Assembly: GCF_044704955.1 (NCBI RefSeq)
Contig: NC_091977.1
Span: forward strand, 510,818,001 to 510,882,000
Origin: Pristiophorus japonicus
Taxonomy: Eukaryota
Reading direction: 5' to 3'
Length of the DNA stretch: 64,000 bases
In this document: piece after piece, positions 63,533 through 64,000 of the stretch
Numbering within the stretch: position 1 is the stretch's first letter
How the letters are laid out: each line of letters opens with the position of its first letter
Translations under genes and position numbers: made by a program
The notes under the pieces: model-generated
The model's input: only the letters and a program-made list of their open reading frames with translations
The model's database searches: none
What the model was told of the DNA's origin: nothing

Positions 63533-63685
63533 GTAAGCTGTGCTCCACAGAGGGCAGGGAGTTGATGACTGAAGAAGATAACCTTGACACTATATCGGAT
63601 ACACGCTCTATTGACATGTTGGCACATACATCTGTTGGTTGGATACGAAACACCTCAAAGAGAACAACACAAGTCTCTCCCGAAG
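63533..63685 (+). CDS. trpn1: TRPN1 C-terminal cytoplasmic exon (GKLCSTEGRELMTEEDNLD...TQVSPE), probably phase 1-1
   Basis: Polypyrimidine tract with cgtag|GT completes a Gly codon with the upstream phase-1 exon; open frame; the GAAG|gtgctt donor is weak, so the 3' end is less certain. Confidence 0.8.
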
Positions 63686-64000
63686 GTGCTTTAGCAGTTT
63701 GCTTCCGTCTGGAAATACCACTGTTACTCATGTATCAATTTTAAGGGGATAGAGGGTGGCACATATTATGTTATATTAGGTGTGAAATTGGGCCGACTCT
63801 TGGAAAAATAATTAGTACTGAGGGGCTACATCACAAGGGCGAAGAAAGACACCAGTGTGAAGCAGCTTTGCAGCAGGCACATGCCATTGCTGACAAGCAC
63901 GGGAGTTGGCACAGGGGGCAACTACGAACCAACATTGCGTTCTGCATAGCTGCTCCATGCACACTAAGCGGGAGAAATTCGGTACTGCCACGCTCGGGCG

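Larger units (their letters stand above)
695..63685 (+). other. trpn1: TRPN1/NOMPC gene, 3' portion (9 exons in window; 5' exons and final exon(s) outside)
   Basis: Nine AG..GT-bounded exons join in frame with no stops. The product resembles Drosophila NOMPC (e.g. GQGAEINxTDxNGWTPLH, FVLxSPAPxDTAxKLS, LINLLIAMMSDTYQRIQAQSDxEWKFG), recognised from memory rather than a search. Confidence 0.95.

Overview
Eukaryotic (vertebrate) genomic DNA. The repeat content (CR1/HER1-type LINEs, Deu-domain and Meta-type SINEs, RTE, Penelope, Harbinger MITEs, Mag-type Gypsy) suggests a cartilaginous fish, which is an inference. The window lies inside one + strand gene, the mechanosensitive channel TRPN1/NOMPC. 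Nine GT-AG exons splice into an uninterrupted frame of about 864 codons: the last ~10 ankyrin repeats on seven phase-0 exons, a single 1372-bp exon carrying the linker, S1-S6 and TRP helix, and a 153-bp C-terminal exon. Both ends of the gene lie outside the window. The introns are packed with nested transposable elements: two Gypsy proviruses, three solo LTRs, a Harbinger transposon that kept only its Myb/SANT gene, MITEs, CR1/RTE/L2 LINEs, a Penelope remnant with a hammerhead ribozyme, and three minisatellites. I found no convincing wholly new system. The best leads are the modular ankyrin-spring exons, a recursive-splice-like exon junction, the intronic hammerhead and several unusual TE structures. 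All alignments were done by eye.
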